Assembly: GCF_947568905.1 (NCBI RefSeq)
Contig: NC_079167.1
Span: forward strand, 56,482,001-56,546,000
DNA: 64,000 nucleotides
Direction: 5' to 3'
Origin: Ostrea edulis
Taxonomy: Eukaryota
Shown: positions 46,654 through 58,145 of the stretch, piece by piece
Numbering within the stretch: the first letter of the stretch is position 1
Layout of the letters: the number at the start of each line of letters is the position of its first letter
Translations under genes and position numbers: made by a program
Notes under the pieces: generated by a model
Databases searched by the model: none
Told to the model about the DNA's origin: nothing
The model's input: the letters and a program-made list of their open reading frames with translations, nothing else

Positions 46654-49600
46654 ATGGCAGAAGAAAACAAAGGCTTTGAGGGCCTGCCCGCTAAAGAATT
46701 ATTAAAGAGATTTCATTCTCTTCAGGGAGAGAGGGTGGAGACATATGGATTATTTGAAGAGTTTGTATTTCTTCACATTTCCTTTATGTCTATTTTATGT
46801 AATCAAACTATTAGATTGTAACCGGCGGAAGGGAGAAATTCAAAATACAACTTACATGCAGGACCACACCTGGCCTGGATTTGAACCCGAACCCCCTGAA
46901 TCTCTAGTCAGGTACTCTACCAACTAAGGTATCTGGACACCTTCGATCGATCCCGTCTGACTGCTACATTCCCCCTCCTTAAATTGCCTTTGCCCTGGAA
47001 GACATACAACCCAGATTCTTTTTGCCCCTGACAAGACTTTCAAATCCAAGTCCAGAGGTATGGTTAACGGCACCAAATGTAACAGGAAGGGAGAAATGCA
47101 ACGGACCAGACTGGGATTCAAACCTGGGCCCCCTGAATCTCCAATCAGGTTCTCTACCAACTGAGCCATTTGGCCACTGGCGATTGAACCCAGCTGACTC
47201 ATGCTACAAAATGCGAATTAATTTTGTCAGCGCAAACTACACTCTCCTTGTGAGTGTACTCGTGTGTGCGGGCCAGATAGGTCAGATAGTAGAGCACCTG
47301 AGTAGAGATTTAGGGTATTGTAGACCAGCCTGCTGCCCCTGGAACTGACACTTGATAATGCCTGCTAGGGAATAAAGATCCTGGGTTGACGTCTTTAAGG
47401 TGTGAAGACATTTTATAAGGAGGGAGGAATATTTGATTACCAGTGGCCAGAGGACTCGGTAGAGCGCCTGGTAGAGATTCAGGAAGCCTGGGTTTGAATC
47501 CCAATCTGGTCCATTGCATTTTCTCCCTCCCTGTTGCATTTGGTGCTGTAGACCAGACCCTGGAACTGACAAGTGAAAATGCCTGCCAGGGAATAAAGAT
47601 CCTGGGTTGACATTTTCAACTTGAATCAAGGTGTGAAAACATTTGAGGGAGGAATGTGGTGGTCAGACGGGTTTGATTACCAGTGGCCAGAGAGCTCAGT
47701 TGGTAGGGCACCTGAGTAGAGATTCAGGGTTCCAATCCCCCAGTCTGATCTGTTGCATTTTCTCCTTTCCCCAGCAATTCTGTTACACAGTTAATCTTTT
47801 GATAAATCTGTACTCAATTTTGATTTACAAGACTTGAGATGACCCGTATTGTTTGTTTTAGAATACTGTCAGACTCAGCTGTGATTAATATGGATTTAAT
47901 CTGAAGTTTTGTAAATTATTGATACATTTACTTGAACTTATTAATACCGAGGGTAACAACGTTACAATGTAGATTTTAATAATTTGCTGTTTGATTTCAG
48001 AGGATTTCAGGCATACTTGAATGGAGCACCCAATTACAACTTCCCTATGTACAAACAACTTGTTCACGAAATAACTCAAACGTTTTCCAAAATCTCCCAA
48101 GATATCATATTAATTACTAATCAGTTAGAGGACAATCACAATTTGACCAGTATAGCATCAATTGTGACAGGAATTCAAAATAATGAAAAAGAGAAGCTTG
48201 AGAAGGTAATGTTTTAAAATATTATTTTATTATTTTACATTTACAAATGTTTTGACAGTAATAAACTATAAACCTACATGTAAAGTTGTTGCATTATATT
48301 TTGTTTCTCAATTAAAAACAGACATGCAAGTGACCTCTAAACAATTATGTGTAAAAACAAATTTCTTAATAAATTACAAAACATAGATATTAAAAATTAT
48401 ATCTGAATTGTTTGTATTATAATGAGGGTTATAAAAGAAAAGGAAACATGGAGGTCAATTTTGCATAACCAGTTTGTCATATGTACAGAAATTATGATGC
48501 ATTCAGTTTCCATGGCTTCGTGTTTTCCCAACCATCCTAGCTTCCTAAGGGTCCTATTATTTCAAAATGTCAATTACTAGTCCTTCTTCCAAGTTACATA
48601 TCCTTCTTGTTCAGTTAGCAACGAACAACACTTGAAAAAATTTCTGATCTCTAATCTATGTATACAAATGTATTGCAAAGATTTGTTAACATCTGCAGGA
48701 ATGCTATCTTACTGGGGTATTTGTTGAATATAGAAATAGCAATTCCTCAAAGAAAACTTGCTAAAATCATGCTGTACTGTATATCATGTTTTGTTGCACT
48801 TTCTATATTATATGTATAATTACTATAATATGTATTTTTAGACTGTTAAGTTACAACTGGCACGGCAAAATGCTACAGACAACCCTGAAGATTCTAGTTT
48901 CAAAGAAGAAGAGATAGATTTAAAACAAAGGTATCGGTATTGTAGTGTTAAATGTTTTACATTCCTTCTAGCTTCAGCTAGTGAGATAACCCTTTATTTC
49001 AAATGGCAGAGGCAATGCACTGGACTGTCATGCCAGAGGTCCCTGGTTTGATCTTCAACAGACATTTATTCATTAAATTGTGACCTGGATTCTTTCTGAT
49101 GGGTGAAAGTTATTGCCTACAGAGCTTTACCCTGCAAGTGCTGGCCCTTTGGAAGAGTTAGGGGGAAGTTTCTGTCTCTAAATGGGACTTAATAGAACTG
49201 GGTAATGTGTTGCTCCTGAAGTTTGTTGGGTAGACCTCTAGTGCCATAGGTCCCAGAATCATTCTCCAGTGGAGGCACAATAGTGTAACTAATGGTCAGG
49301 TATGAAGGGTTGATTACTAACTGGATTGGACTGGATCTTTGGTCACATGGTTGTATACCCAATGTTGGATCTGGCACCCTAGGATCTCAGTAGGCACATC
49401 TTGATTACATTTGGGAACCTGTCGTTGGTGTATGTAGTATTTATAAGTTCAGCAGTAATGACCTGTGTTAAGATTCAATTGTTTTAGAAGGGGAGATGTA
49501 ATGTTAAGGCGTATGCTGTTGATCAGTTGGTGTAACAGATCCTAAATAAAAATTTTGCCTCATCTAAAAATCACATATCTTCTAGCACATCATTTCCTGG

Positions 49601-50419
49601 CCAAAAAAAAAAAGAAGATATTCATCTGGAAAATTTCAACCTGGGTTTTATATCAGATTCCTCCAGATGCTGCATAATGGATATTTTTAATGCTGTAAAC
49701 CTCAGTAGCCTTTAAAGTTATGGAATGCTTGTATTCTCTATATCTAGTTCTGATTGATGATTGCAGATCGAGTTTTGGTTATCATTTTGTCAACTTCCCT
49801 CACAATTTTCTGTTTTCTCACAACTTTTGGTCCACTATTTTGCTGTGGATCCTCTCTCCCTAAACATTTTCACCTAGGAGGTGATCATTTTTTTTAAATG
49901 CTGCTTGTATTCCAGATAGTGTTTTCTCACTCAATAGCATTCAATCAAACAACTATCTGCGATTTGTATTCAAAGAATAACTGCACAATTTCTGCTTTTT
50001 TTTGTTACATCCATTGTTTAATCCCCCCTTGCTCCCCCCCCCCCCCCCCCCCCCCCAAAGGGGGGAATGTGACATCATTGCATATGTCACAGATATTTAT
50101 CATGTTTATTATAATTATTATAATATTTTCCCAAAGTTTTATTATGAAAATGTACTGAATGTGCTCTTTTGATAGATTTTTATAGCATCTTATTACCGAT
50201 TGATTAACAAATCTCCTATGAAGAATTGAAATGGGACATATATTATGAATCACCGTGTATATGTGTATGATTTATGCTATAACTTTGTATTTTGTGTAAA
50301 GCATAAAGGATGTAATAAGTGCCATCAATGAACAGTTGGAGGAGTTGAAGTTTGAATCTGAAGATCTTTATGTGGATGATATTGATGAAGAAAAAGACGA
50401 TGAAGCAGCAGAAAGATGA
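46654..50419 (+). CDS. REX1BD: Required for excision 1-B domain-containing protein (C19orf60 homolog), 172 aa
   Basis: Coding exons 46654-46760, 48001-48205, 48842-48930 and 50302-50419; phases are consistent and total 519 nt. Motifs: LLKRFHSLQGERVETYGLFEEGFQAYL, YNFPMYKQLVHEITQTF, IQNNEKEKLE, AINEQLEELKFE. AATAAA at about 50485. Confidence 0.85.
46817..47208 (-). mobile_element. Helenus-type tRNA-LTR TRIM, diverged subfamily, in REX1BD intron 1
   Basis: LTRs 46817-46968 and 47078-47208 (TGTA...TACA), PBS TGGTGCCGT, PPT AAGGAGGGGGAA, and imperfect TSD AGAT/AAAT. Confidence 0.85.
47271..47787 (+). mobile_element. Tandem Helenus-type TRIM array (partial LTR - internal - LTR - internal - LTR)
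   Basis: tRNA heads GGCCAGA at 47271, about 47445 and about 47686; PBS TTTGGTGCTGTAGACC at about 47539; PPTs GGAGGGAGGAA; last LTR 47655-47787 ends TGTTACA. Confidence 0.8.
49130..49480 (-). pseudogene. Possible heavily decayed CR1/L2 RT fragment
   Basis: Short minus-strand pieces such as ITAELINTTY..DRFP and PVSNQPFI resemble LINE RT N-terminal motifs, with many stops. Confidence 0.3.
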
Positions 50420-51494
50420 CATTATTCAATGAAAAGACTGAAACTTGTCGACATTATTATACATGTATATCATATTGATATTCAATAAAAAATATTTTTA
50501 ACAGGTATAAAGGCCTTAAAGTTTATTTATTTTGAGGTCTTTGTGTATTTTTTGTTAGGTTAAAAATCTGATAAACTTACCAGCTTAGAACTTCGATGTT
50601 AATCATAGATAATCTATGGAGAGCTCTACAAGTTCACCTGGATTAGATGACGTGATGGTGACCAATCATGGATTTCCATGTGAATTTTCAATGCATTGTA
50701 ATTTAATTATTTTTAGATACCTGGCCTTGAAAATCATTTCATTCAAATACTTTTGAATCATGTTGTTTTTCAGGAACTTAAATTAAAACGATTAATGCCT
50801 ATCCAATTTTTTTTTCAAACCTTATGGATGAATAACAATTTCAGAAAACTTATATGGATGGAAAGTGAAGGATATTTATAATAATTGTTTGAAATTGAAA
50901 ACTTTCAAATTTACCTTATTTCAAATGGTAGAAATAATGCAGTTTAGTTAGAAAGTAGCTAGATAAAAAATTATAGCCCCCGTTAGACTTGGACCTGTGA
51001 TGTATGCCACTGAGCTTTTCAGTTATGCAATTAAAGGACATGTAAATGGAAATATTACTAATATTTATTTTCCATTTCTGTTTTGAAAGGAAGTCGGGTA
51101 TTATGACAATATATGTATTTTAAAATTCTTCATTAATGCATTAAATGCACAATTTATATTTGTTTCAACAGAAACAATGTCAATGAAATCTGTTAACTCT
51201 TAATTATCACGAATGTAAATGATTCCATTTTGCTGGTAACTGCCAGTATACATACAACCTATCATTAGGTTGAATATATGCTATGAATTGTTTCATACCA
51301 ATGGGTAGGTTGATGTTCTTTACATGCTGATTTTGACTACAGATTATTCCATTTATCTGATCAAAGGTGTGACGGGTCAACAGAGGATGCTTACTCTTTA
51401 GGCACCTGAGCCCACTTCTGGATGTTTCCAGACGTCCATCTCTGTCTAACCAGTAGGAGGTTCAGCGGTGGCACTTTATTCTATCTTAATTACC

Positions 51495-52040
51495 ATTAGG
51501 TCACCTGAAGTACTTCAGGGTGACCTATTTGCATGGTTGGTGTTCTTTATCTTCCATTTACAATTGAACATTTTTAACTTCTTGATGACTACCCATCCAA
51601 TTCTTTTCAAATTTGGTATGAGGTATCTTTGGAACAAGGGGGACTTAAAATTTAAATTTCAAGATTCCTGCATGGGCCTAGGGGCAGAGGTAAAACTATC
51701 AAAAACTGACCAGTTTTTTTTTTTTTTAATTTTTCGGACTACAACTGCACTTGTATAAGAAAAAGCTGAATGCATTAATTTTCATGTAGAACAGGAAGGC
51801 CTCTACCAAAATTGAAAATTTCATTATTCCGAGGGTGGAGGTTCTGATTCCAGGATGGGGCCAAACTTTATATGTTTAATTGTAAAACAGTTGAATAAAC
51901 ATCTTCTTTAGTGCTGTTGATACTAAATTAAATCTACATGGATATTTAGAAAGAGGACATAAATTTCATGATCCCAGGGGAAGGTACTTCGATACCAGTT
52001 GGGGCGAAAGGGTCATAGTTATATAAAATGTGTGGGTTAG
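51495..52040 (-). mobile_element. Degraded HINE-like element
   Basis: Terminal hairpin AGGTCACCTGAAGTACTTCAGGGTGACCT and monomers related to the Cg170 type. Confidence 0.5.
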
Positions 52041-52044
52041 CAAT

Positions 52045-52290
52045 TGAACATTTTTACCTTCTTTTAATATGTAGACGTTTTGTTTGTTATCAGCTTTTGT
52101 AGTTTAGTCGTAGTGTTAGTTTCCTTTTCAATTTAGTTTTCTTTTCTATGTAAATATTCTATCGTCCTGAGGAAGGGACAGGTCGTCCCGAAAATTTTAC
52201 AATTCATTGTTGTTCGTGTCATTGGTCAGTTTTAGTGCTTTTTATATCCTTATTATTTGACCTCGTATTTACTATTTATAGATCCGACAC
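52045..52290 (+). mobile_element. Penelope-like element terminal fragment with a minimal hammerhead motif
   Basis: A T-rich tract surrounds CCTGAGGAAGGGACAGGTCGTCCCGAAA, the CTGANGAAG-stem-CGAAA signature of PLE pseudo-LTRs. Confidence 0.55.
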
Positions 52291-52371
52291 TTTGTATGTT
52301 GAGTGTTGTTGGAATTTAGTGTTTATAACAATTATTCATTTTTATCATACTGCATAAGGAGCATAGCAACC

Positions 52372-52508
52372 TAATTTCTGTAGAAACAAGAGGGTTATTT
52401 ATATTCGATAGTAGCAGGGACCTATATACTACCATGGATACTAGTATATAGGTCCCTGGTATTAGGAAAGACCGAATATGAATAACTCTTTCGTTTCCAC
52501 AGAAATTA
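52372..52508. mobile_element. 137-bp palindromic MITE with 9-bp TSD
   Basis: 36-bp imperfect TIRs TAATTTCTGTAGAAAC.../...GTTTCCACAGAAATTA, perfect TSD ATAGCAACC (52363-52371 and 52509-52517), and a central perfect 17-bp hairpin. Confidence 0.85.
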
Positions 52509-53354
52509 ATAGCAACCTAATTAAAATTAGCTGTTTTAATACGTTAACTGCTAGTAGAAGCCAATGGCGGATTTTTCGGTAAAAGTTAAGGTAAATCGTG
52601 GTATCTTGTTTAGAAAAATGTTCTAAACGATAAAAGAAGCAATAATTTCTTCCACCTCCGGAGAAATAAATGACAAAATATTTTCATTTGTTGAATTACA
52701 CTGTACTTTATATTGGGAGAACTTAATTTTTTCCAAAAACCCTTCAAATTTGCGTCATTTTATAATTTCACCTTATCAAGAATGATAGAAAATAGTACAA
52801 ATGACTAAATAGGAGGCATATTTCAAGCCCTATAAAATCTGTAAAATCCTGGGGCTTCGCGCCCTTGACCTTCACCAGGACGAAGCCCTGGACCCCCTGC
52901 CTCATAAAGTGCCCCCCCCCCCCCCCCCCGTAACCGCAATTCCTGGATTTTTTAAAATTACTAGTAGATCATGCATTGAAGAAAGCGCGTGTACAGGAAC
53001 GTTAGCCGAGGCTCTTGTAGGATTGAGTACAATTTTGTCTAGCTATTTTTATAGGATTTATGATTGATCACTGTTCATTAATTTACCTTTTTCATATTTT
53101 TCCCCTCTCGATCTGTTTGTTGAATATTATCATAGATCCATCTAATCAGTGAAAGCAATGATTTTTACATAAATCTGTTTGATTAATATCATGAATATTT
53201 TTAATAACTTTTTGAAATTACAATCATCCTGAATTCTGAAAAATAATATGAATACTGAAGTAGGGGGGGGGGGGGGTACATGATTCGTATGAGTTACGTG
53301 CCCTTTTGCATTAATAAGTTAAAAAAAAATAAAATAGGTGTCGCTATCATACTG

Positions 53355-53396
53355 TATATACTTCCGGTTCATTCGCTTCCACAAGGTCTTCACAGA
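53355..53396 (+). promoter_or_regulatory. HDAC1 proximal promoter / 5' UTR with an ETS-type ACTTCCGG site
   Basis: TATATACTTCCGG about 35 nt upstream of the ATG. The TSS is not determined. Confidence 0.4.
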
Positions 53397-56300
53397 ATGG
53401 CAACTCAACAGCATAATAAGAAGAAGATTTGTTACTATTATGATGGTAAGAAAAACATCTCATTATGTATTTGAGTGAATAAGATAATACTTTCTTTCAA
53501 AGGAAAAAATTGCCTTTATGAATTTTTATTTTACCGATCAACTTCTCATCGGAGCCTCGGAAAGACAAAAGAGGCAAAAATAAAATTTCAAGTTTTCTTT
53601 GGGAAAACAAATTATTAAATAAATTTTGGACGAAAAATGGGCCACTTTTTGAATTCTTCACAACTTTTTAATGTGTTTTGTTTGTATTTGGATTGAAAAA
53701 TACTTCAAATTAAGAAAGTGGGTTCGCACGTCTGGTTGAAAACTATGGAAGCCCAACCCACAGCGTGTTGTGCGTACGGATTTTCAAAACGGCATGCATA
53801 CCTCTTATGACAATAGAAACTAATTTTTGCGACATTAATCATACCTATTATGATTTATACATCTGTTGTTAAAAACATTTTGTAAAATTCGAAATCCTTA
53901 TTTTAAAAATTAGGCATTTATCATTAGTTTTATGTGTATGGAAGCCCTGCCCAATTTGGGGGTTTGAGGAAGAACAGTGGCAAAGCGATGTGATTATCTA
54001 TTTGTTAAGTCATGGTTGCTGTTACAGTTTAGTTTGATAGAGTTATGATTCATATATATCAATTTCTATTAGAAATTATCGTTAATCAAAAGAATTTTAA
54101 ACAGAATGGTAGACAATGAGTCGCTGAGAAGAATAAGATTTTTTCTGCTATTGTTATAATTTTTTTTACTAATTTCAAGGTGACATTGGCAATTACTACT
54201 ATGGTCAGGGGCACCCCATGAAACCACATCGAATAAGAATGACTCACAACCTCATTCTAAATTATGGACTGTATAGAAAAATGGAAATATATGTAAGTAT
54301 ATTTACATATGTTAGATGTAGTTTTTATATGGTATAAATTTACGCTAAGCTCATGGTCACAGGAAATCCACACCAGCATACTTTAAGTTCTTTTATTTTT
54401 ATTGAAAAGACAATAATGCATGTAGTGTATTTGTGATTTTTCAGAGATGATGAATTCTATTGTCATAGTAATATACCATCAAGCAATCACGACAAATGGG
54501 TTTAAATTTCAATGCTGGAAAATCACTAGAATTCTCTTACAAATCAATTTCAAACAATTAATATGTAAACAAGGCTCGTGCCATGTTTTTGTTTACATTA
54601 GACTGTTTAATAGAAAATTGCGTGTTTAAAACAAAATGATATGTGCCAAGCACTAGAGAATATTTGATTGTGTTAAGAATTTACATAAGTTGAAAAAAAT
54701 CTGCTTTAAATGAAACTTTCACTAGTTTATTTAACCTATGTAAACAAAAACATAGCACGAGCCTTGTTTACACAACAAGGACTTGTGACCTCTGTATCTT
54801 CCATGTATATTGACTAATGACATTCAAATTTTAGCTGATCATTAGTAATACCTTAGTTAAGCATTCTAAACATTAAAATTCAAAAAATAAAATTTGATAA
54901 TTTTCAGCTCAAATCGTGTCCATGTCCCTTTAAAGGGACTGGTTCACGTTTTTCGAAGAAGTATTTTTCATTTTTTGTGCTAAAAATTAAAATATAACTC
55001 ATTTAAAGGGACTGGTTCACGATTTTTGATAAAAATATTTTTTATTTTTGATGTTAAGCATTAAAAATATAACTCATTTAATGTTGACAGCCAAAATTTT
55101 GACCTTCTGAAATCTGAATGCAAGAATAAAGGCAATATTTTAGCCTTAAATCTGTGTTATGTAAACAAAGACTCGAGTCTTTTTATGTAAATAAACAAAC
55201 AAGTGAAATATCGATTTTGTAATATAAAGCATCTTAATTTTGCATAGTCACAAATTTTAACTTGTAGATGACACATTTTACCCCAAATAGGCTTGAAATA
55301 TTGTGAAAGATATAGTAAACTTAGTTCGTTATCCATTTCTTTTGAAAATTTCATAAAGAATAGCATACCACAATCTTTGTTTACAAAACAAATAATAAAC
55401 TCTCTAAATTGAGCTTTTGTGATAATGTATAACTTTAATTTTCATGTGAAATCTTTCAAACACATTAGACAGTAGAATTTGATCATTAAAAGTGAAAAAC
55501 AAAATTTTTGGGGAAATCGTGAATCAGTCCCTTTAATGTTGACAACCAAAATTTGGATCTTCTAAATGTGAGGATAAGAGCAATATTTTAGTTATAATTC
55601 TGTGTTATGTAAACAAAGAATCGGCGTCTTTTTATGTAAACAAACAAATCAACCAGTGAAACATTAATTTTGTAATTTAAGCATCTTCATTTTGTACAAT
55701 CACAAATTTTAACTTTTTAATGACACATTTTAATTACCTAAAGTATACTTGAGATGTGATATATATAATAAACTTGGATCAATATCCGTTTATTTTGAAA
55801 ACTTCGTAAACAATAACACACCCCAATCTTTGTTTTCAAAACAAATAATAAACTCTCTATAATGAGCTTCTGTCATGATAAAAAAAAAACTTTATTTTTT
55901 ATGAAACCTTCTAAACATATTAGACGGTAGATTTTGATCATTTGAAGTGAAAAATAAAATTTGGGGGGAAATCGTGAACCAGTTCTTTTAAAGCAGTTAA
56001 TATCACCACTTAAAATCTTAAGGATAATATCTAGTACTTTACTTGAATCAAGCATCAGAGAATGGCATATATTTTTTTTCTTTCTTAAAGCAATGTGTTT
56101 GGATTTATGTGGAATTTTGTACCTGTAAAATAAAATAAACAATATGATATGAATTAATGTAATGATATTATATATATATATATATATACATATATAAACT
56201 TATATTTTATAATGTGTGTGTGTGTATATAAGATAATGTTTCAGTCAGCATTTTTTTATTTAACATATTCTTTCTCATTTTATGTTATTTTGTTTCAAGA

Positions 56301-58114
56301 GGCCACACAAAGCCACTCAAGAAGAAATGACGAAGTTTCACAGTGATGACTACATCAAATTTTTGCGTAGTATTCGGCCGGACAACATGTCTGATTACAA
56401 CAAGCAGATGCAAAGATGTGAGTAATATACTATTGCAATATGAATGAATTTGAATGGGTTATTTTATTGTAATCTGATTAGATATGCAGCTACTAATTTT
56501 CATGTTTTTCTTTATTCAAGTCAATGTAGGAGAGGACTGTCCTGTGTTTGATGGGATGTACGAATTCTGTCAGCTCTCAACGGGGGGATCTGTAGGTACG
56601 TGCTATAAGATGATATTTAGAAATTACACAGCGTTGGACTGTTTTGATTTCACAAAATGGAGTTTTTCTTCAAAATATTGCAGACTGCAAGCTGTGTAAC
56701 ATACTGTGGTAGTGTCCAAACAAATCTCTACTGATGCAAGAAAAGCAAGCACTTACTAAATCTTCTATAAGACTAGTCATATATCATTTACTTTTGTTTT
56801 GTTTTGTAAAAAAAAATTTAGTGTTTTATGGTCTACTGAACTTTTTTAGAGAATAAAAACTTATACTAGTATCCAATATATTACAGTATTATTACAATAT
56901 ACAACTTAATATCACAATATGATTTTTCTGGCAATATTCACTTTTTGGTACAAGGAGGGGATTTCATAGAAATCAGAACTTGTACAAATGCAATATACTC
57001 TTGACTGTAGAAGATTGGAGTGAAATTGTTGGTTGATGAATGGTGATACATTATGTTTAAAAGATAACAATGCGATATGATATGCCTTATTTTGTATTAA
57101 AGCTGGAGCAGTGAAACTGAACAAACAGGCTGCAGACATTGCTGTCAACTGGGCAGGCGGCCTTCACCATGCAAAGAAATCTGAAGCTTCAGGGTTTTGC
57201 TACGTCAATGACATTGTGTTGGCCATTCTGGAACTCCTAAAGTAAGGATTTCATTATTGACAGTTTATTAATATTTTAAAAAGAATATATGAGTGTCATA
57301 AATGCTATTAAAGCATGGATGAAAAAAGTCAAGTTTGATAAAAAATTAATTAAATTAACAAACCCTCTGATTATGTCGAGTATATACACTCTTCTACGAT
57401 GCAAAAAATCAAGACAATTTTATACTCTTCTCAATCAAAACTGCACAGAACCTACTGGTAAAAGAAAGTGGAATGAAATATTTGAATTAAATGACACAGA
57501 ATGGAAAATGATCTTCAGACTGCCCTTTAAAGTTACAAGTAATTGTAAACTGCAGTGGTTTCAATACAGAATTCTGAACAAAATTTTAGTTTCAAACTCA
57601 TACTTATTCAAAATCAAAATTAGAGATGATAAGAATTGTACATTCTGTCAGATAGAAGAAGAAACAATTGAACATTTGTTTTGGGAATGTGATAGTGTTC
57701 AGCATTTCTTAAGAGAATTTGAAGTTTGTTTTGAACATAAGACCAATCTTCAAATATCAATAACAAAAAATAATTTTATTTTTGGATTTTTGGATGAAAA
57801 GAAAACTATACAAAATAATCTTGTTCTTTGGCTGAAGTATTATATCTATACTATGAGGTGTAAAGGGAAGACACTGAATGTAAATGTTGCGATATCGCTA
57901 ATGAACACATTTTATGAAACTCAAAGACATATTGCATATAAAAATGGTGAAAAAGATTTGTTTGACACCTGCTGGAACCGCTGGAATCAATTATTTCATT
58001 GAGTGTTTGTTTGCTGTTGTTGTTTATTTTGTTTGTTTTTTGTTTGAAAATTATCTTTTTTATAAATTTCAATATATATGTACCCTTTTAAAATATATTA
58101 AATAATGACTGAAC

Positions 58115-58145
<31 letters not shown>

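Noticed and set aside
57289-58002. 237-aa ORF as a nested host gene or HDAC1 exon
   Set aside because: It matches the C-terminal zf-RVT region of LINE ORF2, is followed by a 3' UTR and poly-A, and HDAC1 exons 5 and 6 join in frame without it.
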